From: Aliivibrio fischeri ES114
Lineage (GTDB): Bacteria > Pseudomonadota > Gammaproteobacteria > Enterobacterales > Vibrionaceae
NCBI RefSeq assembly: GCF_000011805.1
Contig: NC_006841.2
Reading direction: 5' to 3' (one strand)
DNA length: 32,000 nucleotides
The notes beneath the pieces are model-generated. The model ran no database searches. It saw only the letters and a list, made by a program, of their open reading frames with translations, and had not been told where the DNA came from. The translations under genes and the position numbers were made by a program. This document shows, one piece after another, positions 17,508 to 27,450 of this stretch; position 1 is the first letter of the stretch; each line of letters begins with the position of its first letter.

Positions 17508-19010
17508 ATGCTACAGAAAGTATTATTAGTCGAAGACTCCACTTCTCTGGCTATCCTCTATAAACAGTATGTGAAAGATGAACCTTATGAATTCTTTCAC
17601 GTTACTACAGGGGAGCAAGCGAAGGCATTTATGGAAAAGAATCCACCACATTTGGTGATTCTCGATTTGAAACTGCCAGATATGTCAGGGCAGGATGTAC
17701 TTGCATGGATGAAAGAAAAACAATTACCTACCGCCGTTATCATTGCAACCGCTCACGGTACAATTAATATTGCAGTGAATCTTCTACAAAATGGTGCAGA
17801 TGATTTTATCGAAAAACCAATCCAAGCAGAACGATTAAAAACATCCATTGCTAACCACCTAAAGCGCAACAAACTAGAAGGTTTGGTTGAAGATTTACAA
17901 AACACATTCAACCGAAAACAATACCAAGGCTTTATTGGCTCAAGTTTACCGATGCAAGCCGTCTATAAAATCATTGATTCAGTAGCTCCAACCACAGCCA
18001 GTGTTTTCATTTATGGTGAAAGCGGTACAGGTAAAGAAGTATGCGCCGAGGCCATTCATTATCAAAGTAAACGCAGCAATAAACCTTTTGTTGCCATCAA
18101 TTGCGGTGCCATACCAAGAGATTTAATGGAAAGTGAGATTTTCGGTCATATAAAAGGGGCTTTTACTGGTGCAACCACCGACCGTAAAGGCGCAGCCATG
18201 TTAGCAAATGGTGGCACACTCTTTTTAGATGAGTTGTGCGAAATGGAGCTTGAAATGCAGAAGAAATTACTGCGTTTCTTGCAGACTGGTCGATTCACTC
18301 CATTAGGTGGAAGCAAAGAGCTCAGCACCGATATACGTATTATTTGTGCAACCAACCGAGACCCATTAACTGAAGTTAACGAAGGACGTTTTAGAGAGGA
18401 TTTATACTACCGAGTCCATGTTGTGCCTATTCATATGCCACCACTGCGCGAACGAGGAACGGATATCATCGATATCGCGACTTTCTTCTTAAAAAAATAC
18501 GCAAAAGAAGATCATAAAAAATTTAAAGCATTAAAACGTAATGTTGAATTAAGACTATGCAATTACTCATGGCCAGGTAACGTACGTCAGCTACAAAATA
18601 TTATTCGAAATGTAGTGGTATTACATAACGATACCCATGTAGCAATAGAGCACCTTCCGCCACCACTAAATCAACCAGTAACCAATAAAGCGACACCCGT
18701 TGCTTCTAAACCATCTTTTACAGCACCTTCTCAGTTATCAAGAAATATGGAAACCGCTGACGTTCAACATAATCAGACAGAACAACAGCTATCCTCATCA
18801 TCTGAGGGACAAACTTTAGAAACCAGTGCGACAGATGCAATTAATACCAGTGTAATTCGCCCAATGGCAGATATCGAACGTGAAGTCATTCAAAATGCTA
18901 TCGATCATTGCGATGGTAATGTTCTTAATGCTGCCGTTCTCTTAGAGTTAAGCCCGTCAACACTCTATCGTAAAAAACAGGCGTGGGAAGCCTATGAAGA
19001 ATCGGAATGA
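17508..19010 (+). CDS. sypG: sigma54-dependent response regulator (REC, AAA+ with GAFTGA, Fis-type HTH), LuxO paralogue
   Basis: The track ORF starts at 17499, but AGGA (17496-17499) overlaps that ATG. ATG 17508 has 8-nt spacing and puts the acceptor Asp at 53 (HLVILD(53)LKLPDMSG), matching published SypG D53. Also Walker A GESGTGKE, GHIKGAFTGA, and C-terminal HTH NVLNAAVLLELSPSTLYRK. Confidence 0.95.
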   Translation: MLQKVLLVEDSTSLAILYKQYVKDEPYEFFHVTTGEQAKAFMEKNPPHLVILDLKLPDMSGQDVLAWMKEKQLPTAVIIATAHGTINIAVNLLQNGADDFIEKPIQAERLKTSIANHLKRNKLEGLVEDLQNTFNRKQYQGFIGSSLPMQAVYKIIDSVAPTTASVFIYGESGTGKEVCAEAIHYQSKRSNKPFVAINCGAIPRDLMESEIFGHIKGAFTGATTDRKGAAMLANGGTLFLDELCEMELEMQKKLLRFLQTGRFTPLGGSKELSTDIRIICATNRDPLTEVNEGRFREDLYYRVHVVPIHMPPLRERGTDIIDIATFFLKKYAKEDHKKFKALKRNVELRLCNYSWPGNVRQLQNIIRNVVVLHNDTHVAIEHLPPPLNQPVTNKATPVASKPSFTAPSQLSRNMETADVQHNQTEQQLSSSSEGQTLETSATDAINTSVIRPMADIEREVIQNAIDHCDGNVLNAAVLLELSPSTLYRKKQAWEAYEESE

Positions 19011-20010
19011 TGAAATATGGTTACTGCTTGATAGCCGTAATTTTGGAGGTATCGAATCACACGTATTACAGCTTGCAAAAGGGATAAAGTCCTTTCAACG
19101 CTCGGTACGTGTAATTTTTCTCTGTCGTTACCCTACAACTCACCCTTTAGTCGCCCTACTTAATGAAGCGAATGTTTCCTATCGTTTTTTAGAAGGCTCA
19201 TTTTCGTCTTTATTAACCTATACACGCCACCACAGTCCAAAAGTCATTCATTCACATGGCTACAAAGCGGCATTATATTCCAGATTACTGCGTATCTCTC
19301 AATATACCTCTCAGCAAAAAATACGCTATATCAATACCTATCATGCAGGTGAAATTTCACGAGGAAAACTAGCAATATATGATTTAATTGATCGCTGGAG
19401 TGCACCGTTGAGCCATTGCAACTTTGCAGTAAGTGAATTAATTAAAAAAAGAATCCCAAGCAAAACAACGGTATTAAATAACTTCATAAATACAGAGAAC
19501 TTAATTCAATCAAAAGGCACCCAAATTGCGTTTGTTGGGCGTCTAAGTCATGAAAAAGCACCTGATCGCTTCCTTGAATTAGCCAATCAGCTATCTAAAG
19601 TACAGTTTCATTTTTATGGCTCAGGTCCAATGGAAAAAAACTTACAAAACTACTCACCTTCCAATCTTCATTTTCACGGGCATCAAAACTCAATGGATTC
19701 CATTTGGCCACACATTGGATTACTTGTTATTTGCTCACGTTATGAAGGCTTACCTATGGTTGCATTAGAAGCTATGGGGCGAGGTATTCCGGTGGTCTCA
19801 ACCCCCGTAGGAAATATGCCGACACTCATCTGTAATAATGAAAATGGATGGATAGTTACCCCTGATGCTCTACCTACAGCAATAAAAAATTGGGTAAACT
19901 TACCGTCATCCCAAGCTAAAAATATTCAGAAAAATGCACAACAAACCATTCAAGAAACGTTCTCTTCTCAAGCTATCATCCCCTCTTTATTGTCTGCTTA
20001 TCAAATTTAA
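18994..20010 (+). CDS. sypH: GT4-family (GT-B) glycosyltransferase
   Basis: It overlaps the sypG 3' end by 17 nt. N-terminal NFGGIESHVLQLAKG; C-terminal EGLPMVALEAMGRGIPVVSTPVGNMP (the E-x7-E region of retaining GT4 enzymes). Confidence 0.85.
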   Translation: MKNRNDEIWLLLDSRNFGGIESHVLQLAKGIKSFQRSVRVIFLCRYPTTHPLVALLNEANVSYRFLEGSFSSLLTYTRHHSPKVIHSHGYKAALYSRLLRISQYTSQQKIRYINTYHAGEISRGKLAIYDLIDRWSAPLSHCNFAVSELIKKRIPSKTTVLNNFINTENLIQSKGTQIAFVGRLSHEKAPDRFLELANQLSKVQFHFYGSGPMEKNLQNYSPSNLHFHGHQNSMDSIWPHIGLLVICSRYEGLPMVALEAMGRGIPVVSTPVGNMPTLICNNENGWIVTPDALPTAIKNWVNLPSSQAKNIQKNAQQTIQETFSSQAIIPSLLSAYQI

Positions 20011-20016
20011 TTTGGT

Positions 20017-20053
20017 TTCTCATATTGATAAAAATCTATTCTCAATTTGAGAA
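20017..20053. promoter_or_regulatory. syp enhancer upstream of sypI: two tandem palindromic sites
   Basis: The proximal site is perfect: TTCTCAattTGAGAA (20039-20053). The distal site is degenerate: TTCTCAtatTGATAA (20017-20031). Their starts are 22 bp apart. Confidence 0.8.
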
Positions 20054-20112
20054 AAATAAAACAGCATATAAATTAATCATTAAAATTCAACAAGATAATA
20101 TAACATTCAAGA

Positions 20113-20128
20113 TGGCACTCCATTTGCT
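20113..20128 (+). promoter_or_regulatory. sigma54 promoter of the sypI-L operon
   Basis: TGGCACtccatTTGCT, a canonical -24/-12, 43 bp upstream of the sypI ATG. Confidence 0.85.
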
Positions 20129-20170
20129 CTATCTCTTATATCAAGAAGAAACTGCAAGGATGGTGAGCCG

Positions 20171-21445
20171 ATGTCTAAATCAAAAAAAACAACCTTACTG
20201 TTTGTACATTATGGTGATAACTGGATCCGAGGCAGTGAAGTTTGTCTTATTAATCTAATTAAAAGCATCAACCATCAGAAATACCGCTGTATTTTATGGT
20301 GTAATCAACAATGTCTTGCTGATGAAGTAAATAAGCAAGTGGAAGCAGCATACGTTACTCCTTTCACATTACTGCTTGGTTGGGATTCTCCTCGATTTTC
20401 ATTATCTAACTGGTTCCAGTTTTATCAACAGGGTAAACAAATCATCAAGTCACATAATATTGACTTAATCCATTGCAATAGTGCTGCGCCTTGTCAATGG
20501 ATGAACTTGGTTGCTCGTCATACTCAAATTCCATTAGTCACTCACCTACATACCCAATATCCACTAAGGGATAGACTGAGCTTAGGTATTCATTTAAGTC
20601 CTAAACTCGTCACAGTAAGTGATGCGATTAGTCAAAACGTTTTAACTGACGGGTACAAAAAAGAGCAACTAACAACAATACCAAATGGAATAAATACAAC
20701 AAAATTAAACACACAACATAAAATCGACCTAAGAGCCCAATTAGGTATTGATAAAGATGCTTATGTTTTAGCAACATCAGGCTCATTAATTCATCGAAAA
20801 GGAGTCGACTTACTCATTGATAGCTTAGTTCTGGTTGACGCTGTAACGCTAAATATCCATTTAGTTATTATTGGTGAAGGGGAAGAAAGAGCAAACCTTG
20901 AAGCACAGGTTCGTCGATTAAAACTCACCAACAACGTCCATTTTTTAGGAGAACAATCTAATGTTGTCGGTTTATTAAAAAGCGATATTAATGCATACAT
21001 CAGCGGAGCAAGGGATGAAGCCTTTGGTTTAGCACTCATTGAGGCATCACTGGCTCAATTACCTGTTATTGCACCTATGGTTGGTGGTATTCCAGAGGTG
21101 ATCACACACTACGAAACTGGCTTTCTTACACAACCCAATGACAGCGAATCTTTTGCAAAAGCCATTATGGTGTTTATCCAAAACCCGCACTTAGCTTCTC
21201 GCCTAGGGAAAAAAGGAAAAGAAACCGTTTATCGTTATTTCACCTTATCTCAATACGCACAACAATTTGAAAATATCTATGAAGAACAGCTCATTAATAA
21301 TCAATCACACACCCAACCTCTATGGGCGGCAATTAAACCTATTTTCAATAACTTAACGTACATTTCTAAACTATTTGTACGTAACCACATTGCCTCTCAC
21401 TTCCGCTCAAATGACGATCTAAGCAAGGAGGCACACCATGAATAA
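20171..21445 (+). CDS. sypI: GT4-family glycosyltransferase
   Basis: 424 aa. LLFVHYGDNWIRGSE; RKGVDLLIDS; EAFGLALIEASLAQLPVIAPMVGGIPEVI. Confidence 0.85.
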   Translation: MSKSKKTTLLFVHYGDNWIRGSEVCLINLIKSINHQKYRCILWCNQQCLADEVNKQVEAAYVTPFTLLLGWDSPRFSLSNWFQFYQQGKQIIKSHNIDLIHCNSAAPCQWMNLVARHTQIPLVTHLHTQYPLRDRLSLGIHLSPKLVTVSDAISQNVLTDGYKKEQLTTIPNGINTTKLNTQHKIDLRAQLGIDKDAYVLATSGSLIHRKGVDLLIDSLVLVDAVTLNIHLVIIGEGEERANLEAQVRRLKLTNNVHFLGEQSNVVGLLKSDINAYISGARDEAFGLALIEASLAQLPVIAPMVGGIPEVITHYETGFLTQPNDSESFAKAIMVFIQNPHLASRLGKKGKETVYRYFTLSQYAQQFENIYEEQLINNQSHTQPLWAAIKPIFNNLTYISKLFVRNHIASHFRSNDDLSKEAHHE

Positions 21446-22601
21446 TATCAACCATATCTTAGTATTCGATCCCATCACCTACGCTGGAGGCTCAAAAGTT
21501 GCCACTCGTGAAATGATGGATTTAATAAACAGAAAAAAACACCACATTACGATACTTACCGCAAATCCAAGCTCTTGGTTATTACGTAATGTTGAAATGA
21601 TCAATATGTCACACCCTAAATGGCTTCCAATATCAGAACATGGGAAAGGTTATTGGTTAAGACAACTCTATTTTTGTTTTTGGTTGATATATACACGAAT
21701 TTTCTATGGAAAAATAAATATGGCTGTAGGGGCTTCAGGTCCTGGGATCGACATGCCTCTTTATCTTATGAAAGGATTGCTTGGCTATCAAATTACTCAG
21801 CTAATTCATGGACCAGTCGGTTTATCTCGATCTATTGGTCTCTGTTTATGTAAAGCTCAACACGTTTTCTACTTAAAAAGCGCTTATCCTTCATTAATCG
21901 CTGCAATCAAACAAGTATGGCGTAAAAAACCTGAAACCGTTCAAGAAGAAAATGCACAACATCTATTACGTACTCATCATTTTGAAGCATTTGTGAATGG
22001 TATTAGTGAAAAGAACTTACCTTCTCCTTGTCAGTATGAAACCCCTTCTCTTTTTTGGGCTGCATCATTATTAAAATGGAAAGGATTAGATTTATTACTA
22101 GAGGTAATTAATTCCACTCCAGAATCTAATAGAGTACCAGTTAGAGTTTGCTATCTACTACCTGAAAACAATGCTCTACCCACAACAAAAGCACCGCAGG
22201 ATATAAAAAGCATTGAATGGCATCATCAACCAGCTCAACTTGATCGTCTTCGCTCACAATCCAATATTTTTATTTCAACAAGTCACCAAGAACCATTTGG
22301 TTTGTCTATCCTTGAAGCTCTCATTGCGGGAATGTGTGTGATTATCCCTTCTGATGGTGCATTTTGGGATCTGGTATTAACGCATAATAAAAACTGCTTA
22401 AAATATAAGCCTAATGATATCAGCTCATTACAACAACAAATCAATAAAGCGACATCTAATATTCAGTTAATAAAAACAATCGGAAAAGCTGGGGCTAACT
22501 TATCACAAGGCTATCGCTCAGAACAATGCTATTTGAATATTAAATTAGCAATAGAAAAGCGCTCTCTTTCAGCTCTATCATTAGATGAGGTGAAACAATG
22601 A
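21438..22601 (+). CDS. sypJ: GT-B fold glycosyltransferase (divergent GT4-like)
   Basis: AAGGAGG RBS 6 nt upstream. It overlaps sypI by 8 nt. C-terminal EPFGLSILEALIAGMCVIIPSDG. Confidence 0.8.
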   Translation: MNNINHILVFDPITYAGGSKVATREMMDLINRKKHHITILTANPSSWLLRNVEMINMSHPKWLPISEHGKGYWLRQLYFCFWLIYTRIFYGKINMAVGASGPGIDMPLYLMKGLLGYQITQLIHGPVGLSRSIGLCLCKAQHVFYLKSAYPSLIAAIKQVWRKKPETVQEENAQHLLRTHHFEAFVNGISEKNLPSPCQYETPSLFWAASLLKWKGLDLLLEVINSTPESNRVPVRVCYLLPENNALPTTKAPQDIKSIEWHHQPAQLDRLRSQSNIFISTSHQEPFGLSILEALIAGMCVIIPSDGAFWDLVLTHNKNCLKYKPNDISSLQQQINKATSNIQLIKTIGKAGANLSQGYRSEQCYLNIKLAIEKRSLSALSLDEVKQ

Positions 22602-24040
22602 GTCTATTTCCTTTATCACCCATGCTAAAAAACATGGCGCTGTATGGGACAAGTATCGTGCTAATGAAAGGCGTATCTCTGTTCATGCTGCCATATATTG
22701 CTAATCATATCTCGCAATATGAGCTAGGACGTTTAGAGCTACTCGCTACTTTTGCAATGATCTTAAGTGTTGTTCTTGGATTTTCATTACACGAAGCTCT
22801 TTATCGTTTTGCAGGAGCAGAACAAGACCCTTATAAAAAAAGAAAGATAACGGCACAAATATTCACATTAACCATGATTGTAGGCGCAGTATCTTTACCT
22901 ATCATTTGGATAATCAGTCCTTTCTTTAATGAATTCAAACCAGAATATGCAAGTACTATTGAACTTGAATTATTGCTTATGCCTTTGGCTTTCGAAGGAA
23001 TGATTGCCGTTGTGTTAGCCTCTTTAAGAATGCAAGATAAAGCACAGTTATTCTTCTATTTAACAACAGGTCGAGCATTACTTCAGGCCATATTAACCGT
23101 TATTGTTTTACAACAAGGTTATGGCGTAACCGCTATTTTACTTGCTGGTTTTATTAGTGCAGTAATACAAATAATTGCTTTGGTTTACATACAAATGAAT
23201 GAAAATCTGAAAGTAGAAAATACAAGCTATGTATTTAGCAAAGACATTGCTCAACTATGTCTTCCATATTGCTTTCCATTAATGCTAAGTGGATTGATTG
23301 CTTTTGGTTTAAACGGCTTTGAACGTTGGGTGCTTGCAGAAAATACCAGTTTTAATGACATTGCCTTATATGCTGTAGCACTTAAGTTTTCTCTTGCTCT
23401 TACACTACTGATGCAGCCATTTTGCATGTGGTGGATGCCTAAACGTTTTGATTACTTACATGCAAAAGGAAATAAACTAACAGCGCAAATAACAGAAAGT
23501 AGCCTTGTACTACTATGTTCATTAACGATCCTAGTCAGCTACTTAGCTCCTGTATTAATCGATTGGTTAATGCCAACCACCTATCAATCAGCAAAACATA
23601 TTGCAGTTACCTTGATCATCGTTTCAGCAATTAAAGAATTAAATGAGTTAATTAATATTGGAGTACTTGCTAAGAAAAAAACAAACGCATTACTTTGGAT
23701 TAATGGCGTAGCTACAATCATAGGAGTTGCATTAATTGTTATGTTAACGCCAATATACGGTGTATCCGGCGTTCTTACTTCATTGATTATCGCGCAACTA
23801 CTACGAGTTATTGCTACATTCATTCTATCTCAACGTTACCATAATCTTCCCTACTCAATGGGAAAACTAGTGGTTATATTTTTAATTACAACCATTTCGA
23901 TTGCACTCAGTTTGTCAGGTTATTCAACCCTGTTACATCTTGTTATCGCCGCGGCTTCTACGGTTACCTTGATTGTCTTTGCTTTTCAATTAAGTCTCAT
24001 CACTTTTCCTAAAAAAGAACAAACAGGAAAAACACTATGA
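22598..24040 (+). CDS. sypK: Wzx-like polysaccharide flippase (MOP/PST family, polytopic membrane protein)
   Basis: ATGA overlap with sypJ. 480 aa with about 12-14 hydrophobic segments throughout. Confidence 0.8.
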   Translation: MSLFPLSPMLKNMALYGTSIVLMKGVSLFMLPYIANHISQYELGRLELLATFAMILSVVLGFSLHEALYRFAGAEQDPYKKRKITAQIFTLTMIVGAVSLPIIWIISPFFNEFKPEYASTIELELLLMPLAFEGMIAVVLASLRMQDKAQLFFYLTTGRALLQAILTVIVLQQGYGVTAILLAGFISAVIQIIALVYIQMNENLKVENTSYVFSKDIAQLCLPYCFPLMLSGLIAFGLNGFERWVLAENTSFNDIALYAVALKFSLALTLLMQPFCMWWMPKRFDYLHAKGNKLTAQITESSLVLLCSLTILVSYLAPVLIDWLMPTTYQSAKHIAVTLIIVSAIKELNELINIGVLAKKKTNALLWINGVATIIGVALIVMLTPIYGVSGVLTSLIIAQLLRVIATFILSQRYHNLPYSMGKLVVIFLITTISIALSLSGYSTLLHLVIAAASTVTLIVFAFQLSLITFPKKEQTGKTL

Positions 24041-25422
24041 TGGATAATAATGTGCCACTTCAATCTCAAACACGACAATGGGTTACAGCTCTTGCATGTT
24101 CGTTAATCTTAGGGGGGCTGTGGTATATTTTTCCTAATCCATCTTGGCTCATTAGTGTAAGCTTTCTTATTCTTGCTACGCTTTACACTCTCAATCGTCC
24201 ATTTGTAATTGTGCTACTTTTTGTTATTTTTTCCTTTTTCCGAATACATGAGGTTTTTCCACAACTTTATTCTTTAAAGATCCCTTTATTCTTATCTATT
24301 GGCTCACTTACTGCACTTATCTGGCAAGTTGGGGTTACTCGCCAAATAAAATTATTTTGGTGTAAAGAGTTCACCCTCCTTACAAGTTTCTTATTGTTAG
24401 TTATTATCGGCGTTGTATTTGCCAGTAATCATCCTTTAGCCATTGAGTATTTCAAAAATATTTATTGGAAAATAATACTAATGACCTTTGCTATCGCAAT
24501 ACTCGTCAGAACACCGCAACAACTTGCATTTACTCTAAAAATTATCACGCTTGCAGGCGTTCTCGTTGGCATTGTCGCTATTCAAAATAAACTCGGAGGA
24601 ATAGGACTTGTAGAAGGAACTCGAGTAACTATAGGTAGAGAGCTTGGCTCTATGCTGGGTGATCCCAATGACTTAGCATTAGTTCTTATGTTTCCCACCT
24701 CTTTTGCTGTAGGCTTACTAGTAACCCATCAATTACCTTGGCATCAACGCCTCATTGGTTTTATCGCTATTCCTATTCTATTTTGGGCAATTATAGCAAC
24801 ACAAAGTCGAGGCGGATTATTAGGTATAATGGCGGTTTTTGGTATTTATGGCTTACAACGTATCAAATCAAAAGTGTTATTAATTTCAATAGCAATCATT
24901 GCTGGTGGATTTCTTTTCGTTGTTGCAGGGATATCAGACAGAGCATCAGGAGGTGCAGCAGAAGCAGGCGTTGACGCATCAGCAATGGGACGTTTATATG
25001 CATGGGAAGCCGCTTTTAAAATGGCACTAACAAATCCATTAACAGGTGTAGGTTTAGATAATTTTTATTCCAATTATTTCTATTATAGCCCTCACTGGGA
25101 CGGATTAAACCATGCCGTTCATAGTACATGGTTTGGGGTTCTTGCTGAAACAGGCTTTCTAGGTCTAAGTATCTTTATTGCTCTTATTGTCGTATTAATT
25201 AAAAATGCCAACCACACTTTACAATCGGTTAAAGCAGTTAAAGACCGAATTGATCCCGCAATCTATACCAGTGCTCAAGCTGTATTTGCAGGGTTAATGG
25301 GAACCATAGTATCGGGAACATTTTTGACTCAAGGTTTCAATTGGCCAATCTATATTTTAGCAGCACTTGTCGTCGCGGTAGGTAAAACAGCTCAGGTTGC
25401 ATTAAACCAATTAAAAGAGTAA
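24037..25422 (+). CDS. sypL: O-antigen ligase/polymerase-like (Wzy_C family) membrane protein
   Basis: ATGA overlap with sypK. Polytopic, with a loop carrying the typical motif TQSRGGLLG and a later HSTWFGVLAETGFLG. Confidence 0.8.
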   Translation: MMDNNVPLQSQTRQWVTALACSLILGGLWYIFPNPSWLISVSFLILATLYTLNRPFVIVLLFVIFSFFRIHEVFPQLYSLKIPLFLSIGSLTALIWQVGVTRQIKLFWCKEFTLLTSFLLLVIIGVVFASNHPLAIEYFKNIYWKIILMTFAIAILVRTPQQLAFTLKIITLAGVLVGIVAIQNKLGGIGLVEGTRVTIGRELGSMLGDPNDLALVLMFPTSFAVGLLVTHQLPWHQRLIGFIAIPILFWAIIATQSRGGLLGIMAVFGIYGLQRIKSKVLLISIAIIAGGFLFVVAGISDRASGGAAEAGVDASAMGRLYAWEAAFKMALTNPLTGVGLDNFYSNYFYYSPHWDGLNHAVHSTWFGVLAETGFLGLSIFIALIVVLIKNANHTLQSVKAVKDRIDPAIYTSAQAVFAGLMGTIVSGTFLTQGFNWPIYILAALVVAVGKTAQVALNQLKE

Positions 25423-25441
25423 ATCCTCACTTTCAAATCGA

Positions 25442-25456
25442 TTCTCAAAATGAGAA
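25442..25456. promoter_or_regulatory. syp enhancer upstream of sypM
   Basis: Perfect TTCTCAaaaTGAGAA, 20 bp after the sypL stop. Confidence 0.8.
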
Positions 25457-25514
25457 ATTTAGAATAACCCTAATCAAAATAACATATCCAATTGAAATAT
25501 AAGTAAAAAAATAT

Positions 25515-25530
25515 TGGCACATTCCATGAT
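25515..25530 (+). promoter_or_regulatory. sigma54 promoter of the sypM-O operon (non-canonical -12)
   Basis: TGGCACattccATGAT. The -24 is perfect; the -12 keeps the G but has A in place of the conserved C. Its position relative to the enhancer (73 bp) parallels sypI. Confidence 0.7.
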
Positions 25531-25568
25531 TGATCTACATAAAGAAGAATCAAAAAAGGAATGCCAAT

Positions 25569-26324
25569 ATGAATACATTATCAATTTATCGTTTTAAACA
25601 GTGGCTAAAAGAAGGTGAGAGTCCGCTAGCTCTGACGCTATTTCGTATAGCGAAATCCATCCGACATTTTGAGTTGCCAACTCCTCGCCTGCTTAACAAG
25701 GTACTTTATGGGTTGCACAAGACTCTATGTACTCAATGGCAAGCGTTTACTCACCTTATTTTTTATGTTCCAGCTTTCAAAGGTCGTTTAGAAAGTTATG
25801 GGAAACGCACACTGCTTTACGGTGGCTTACCCTTCTTTAGTGGTCCTTTAACGATGCGCATTGGTAATGACTGCCGCATTTCAGGGCAAACGACCTTTAG
25901 TGGGCGAACGAATTCAGATAATCCAACCTTAGAAGTGGGAGACAATGTCGATATTTGTTGGCAAACCACTATTGCTGTAGGCAACAAAGTTATTATTGGT
26001 AACAATGTACGAATTGCAGGACAAGGTTTTTTATGTGGGTATCCAGGACATCCAATTGATCCAACTGAGCGAGCTTTGGGGAAGCCTGATCTAGATAGTC
26101 AAGTGGGCGATATTATCTTAGAGCAAGACGTATGGCTTGGTTCTCGAGTGAGTATTATCGGCAACGTTACGGTTGGTGAAGGAACCATTGTTGCATCTGG
26201 TAGTGTCGTAACCAAAAGCCTTCCACCTTTTGTACTTGCCGCCGGAAATCCTGCAAAAGTAATCAAAAAACTAGATGTTAATGCATCAAATACAATCAAA
26301 GAGGAAATTCACTATGAAGCCTGA
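25569..26324 (+). CDS. sypM: Hexapeptide-repeat (LbH) O-acetyltransferase
   Basis: The track ORF starts at TTG 25530, which lies inside the -12 element and so upstream of any transcript. ATG 25569 has AAGGA 8-9 nt upstream. Hexapeptide repeats: VGDNVDICWQTTIAVGNKVIIGNNVRIAG...VGDIILEQDVWLGSRVSIIGNVTVGEGTIVASGSVV. Confidence 0.85.
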   Translation: MNTLSIYRFKQWLKEGESPLALTLFRIAKSIRHFELPTPRLLNKVLYGLHKTLCTQWQAFTHLIFYVPAFKGRLESYGKRTLLYGGLPFFSGPLTMRIGNDCRISGQTTFSGRTNSDNPTLEVGDNVDICWQTTIAVGNKVIIGNNVRIAGQGFLCGYPGHPIDPTERALGKPDLDSQVGDIILEQDVWLGSRVSIIGNVTVGEGTIVASGSVVTKSLPPFVLAAGNPAKVIKKLDVNASNTIKEEIHYEA

Positions 26325-27450
26325 TTTGATTGTATTTGGAGAAGATTGGGGAGGACTTCCCTCAAGTACCCAACATTTAATAAAACAGCTAGCACTTACT
26401 CGAAAAGTAGTGTGGATTAACTCTATTGGTTTACGCCAACCTCGCTTCTCAATTCATGATATGAAACGAGTGTGGAGAAAGCTGACACAAAAAAGTGCAG
26501 TTCAAGCCCATAATGAAAACGAGGCTCCGTTTACAACGGTAAATATCAAAACCATCCCTGCGCCAAAAGGAACATTTGCTCGCTGGGTTGCAAAAAAGCT
26601 TATCATCAATCAACTAAAACCTATTTTGCAAAAAGAAAAACTAAACCAACCTATCTTATGGACATCATTACCTACAGTTGCTGATGTATGTGGTGAGCTA
26701 GGTGAGAAAAGCGTGGTTTATTATTGTGGTGACGATTTTGGTGCATTAGCTGGCGTTGATCATAATACGGTAATACAACATGAACAAAAACTCATTGATA
26801 AAGCGGATCTTATCCTAGCCGCCAGTAAAGAGTTACTAATAAAATTTCCTAAAGGAAAAACCCAATTATTAACCCATGGTGTTGATTTCACACTATTTAA
26901 TCAACCAGTACCAAGAGCAAAAGACCTGCCTAATGATGGGCGCCCAATTGCTGGCTTTTATGGCAGCCTATCTGACTGGCTTGATTACGACTTACTAAAT
27001 AAAGTCATTGCAGAGAATCCACTTTGGCATTTTGTTTTTATAGGAAAAAATGAATTAACGTATAACCCATTTAAAAATCATCCTAATTTGCACTTACTTG
27101 GCCCCAAAATGCACTACCACCTGCCAAGATACAGTCAGCATTGGCAAGCAAACCTACTCCCATTTGTTGATAACGAACAAATCAAAGCTTGTAATCCTTT
27201 AAAACTATTAGAGTATTTAGCAACAGGGACGCCTATTATTAGCACTTCATTTCCAGCGTTAGTGCCTTATATTGCTGAAATTCACACTGTAAATTCAACT
27301 CAAGATTTTACGACTCACTTAAACAATATTCATTCTAATTGGCTCAATTCATCAGTAAATAACAAAAACACCCAGCAAGCCGCATTAACTAAAAAGCATA
27401 CATGGCAAGCAAAAGCACAACAGCTTGATGTGTGGTTGGAGGCATTATGA
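26314..27450 (+). CDS. sypN: GT-B fold glycosyltransferase
   Basis: ATG 26314 (GAGGA 8 nt upstream) is preferred over 26275. It overlaps sypM by 11 nt. MKPDLIVFGEDWGGLPSSTQHL; the C-terminal half is GT1/GT4-like (NPLKLLEYLATGTPIIST). Confidence 0.75.
   Translation: MKPDLIVFGEDWGGLPSSTQHLIKQLALTRKVVWINSIGLRQPRFSIHDMKRVWRKLTQKSAVQAHNENEAPFTTVNIKTIPAPKGTFARWVAKKLIINQLKPILQKEKLNQPILWTSLPTVADVCGELGEKSVVYYCGDDFGALAGVDHNTVIQHEQKLIDKADLILAASKELLIKFPKGKTQLLTHGVDFTLFNQPVPRAKDLPNDGRPIAGFYGSLSDWLDYDLLNKVIAENPLWHFVFIGKNELTYNPFKNHPNLHLLGPKMHYHLPRYSQHWQANLLPFVDNEQIKACNPLKLLEYLATGTPIISTSFPALVPYIAEIHTVNSTQDFTTHLNNIHSNWLNSSVNNKNTQQAALTKKHTWQAKAQQLDVWLEAL

Noticed and set aside
20025-20258. 77-aa ORF spanning the sypH-sypI intergenic region
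   Set aside because: It runs through the enhancer and the sigma54 promoter and into sypI in another frame. It has no RBS and a low-complexity AT-driven sequence, so it is a spurious ORF.
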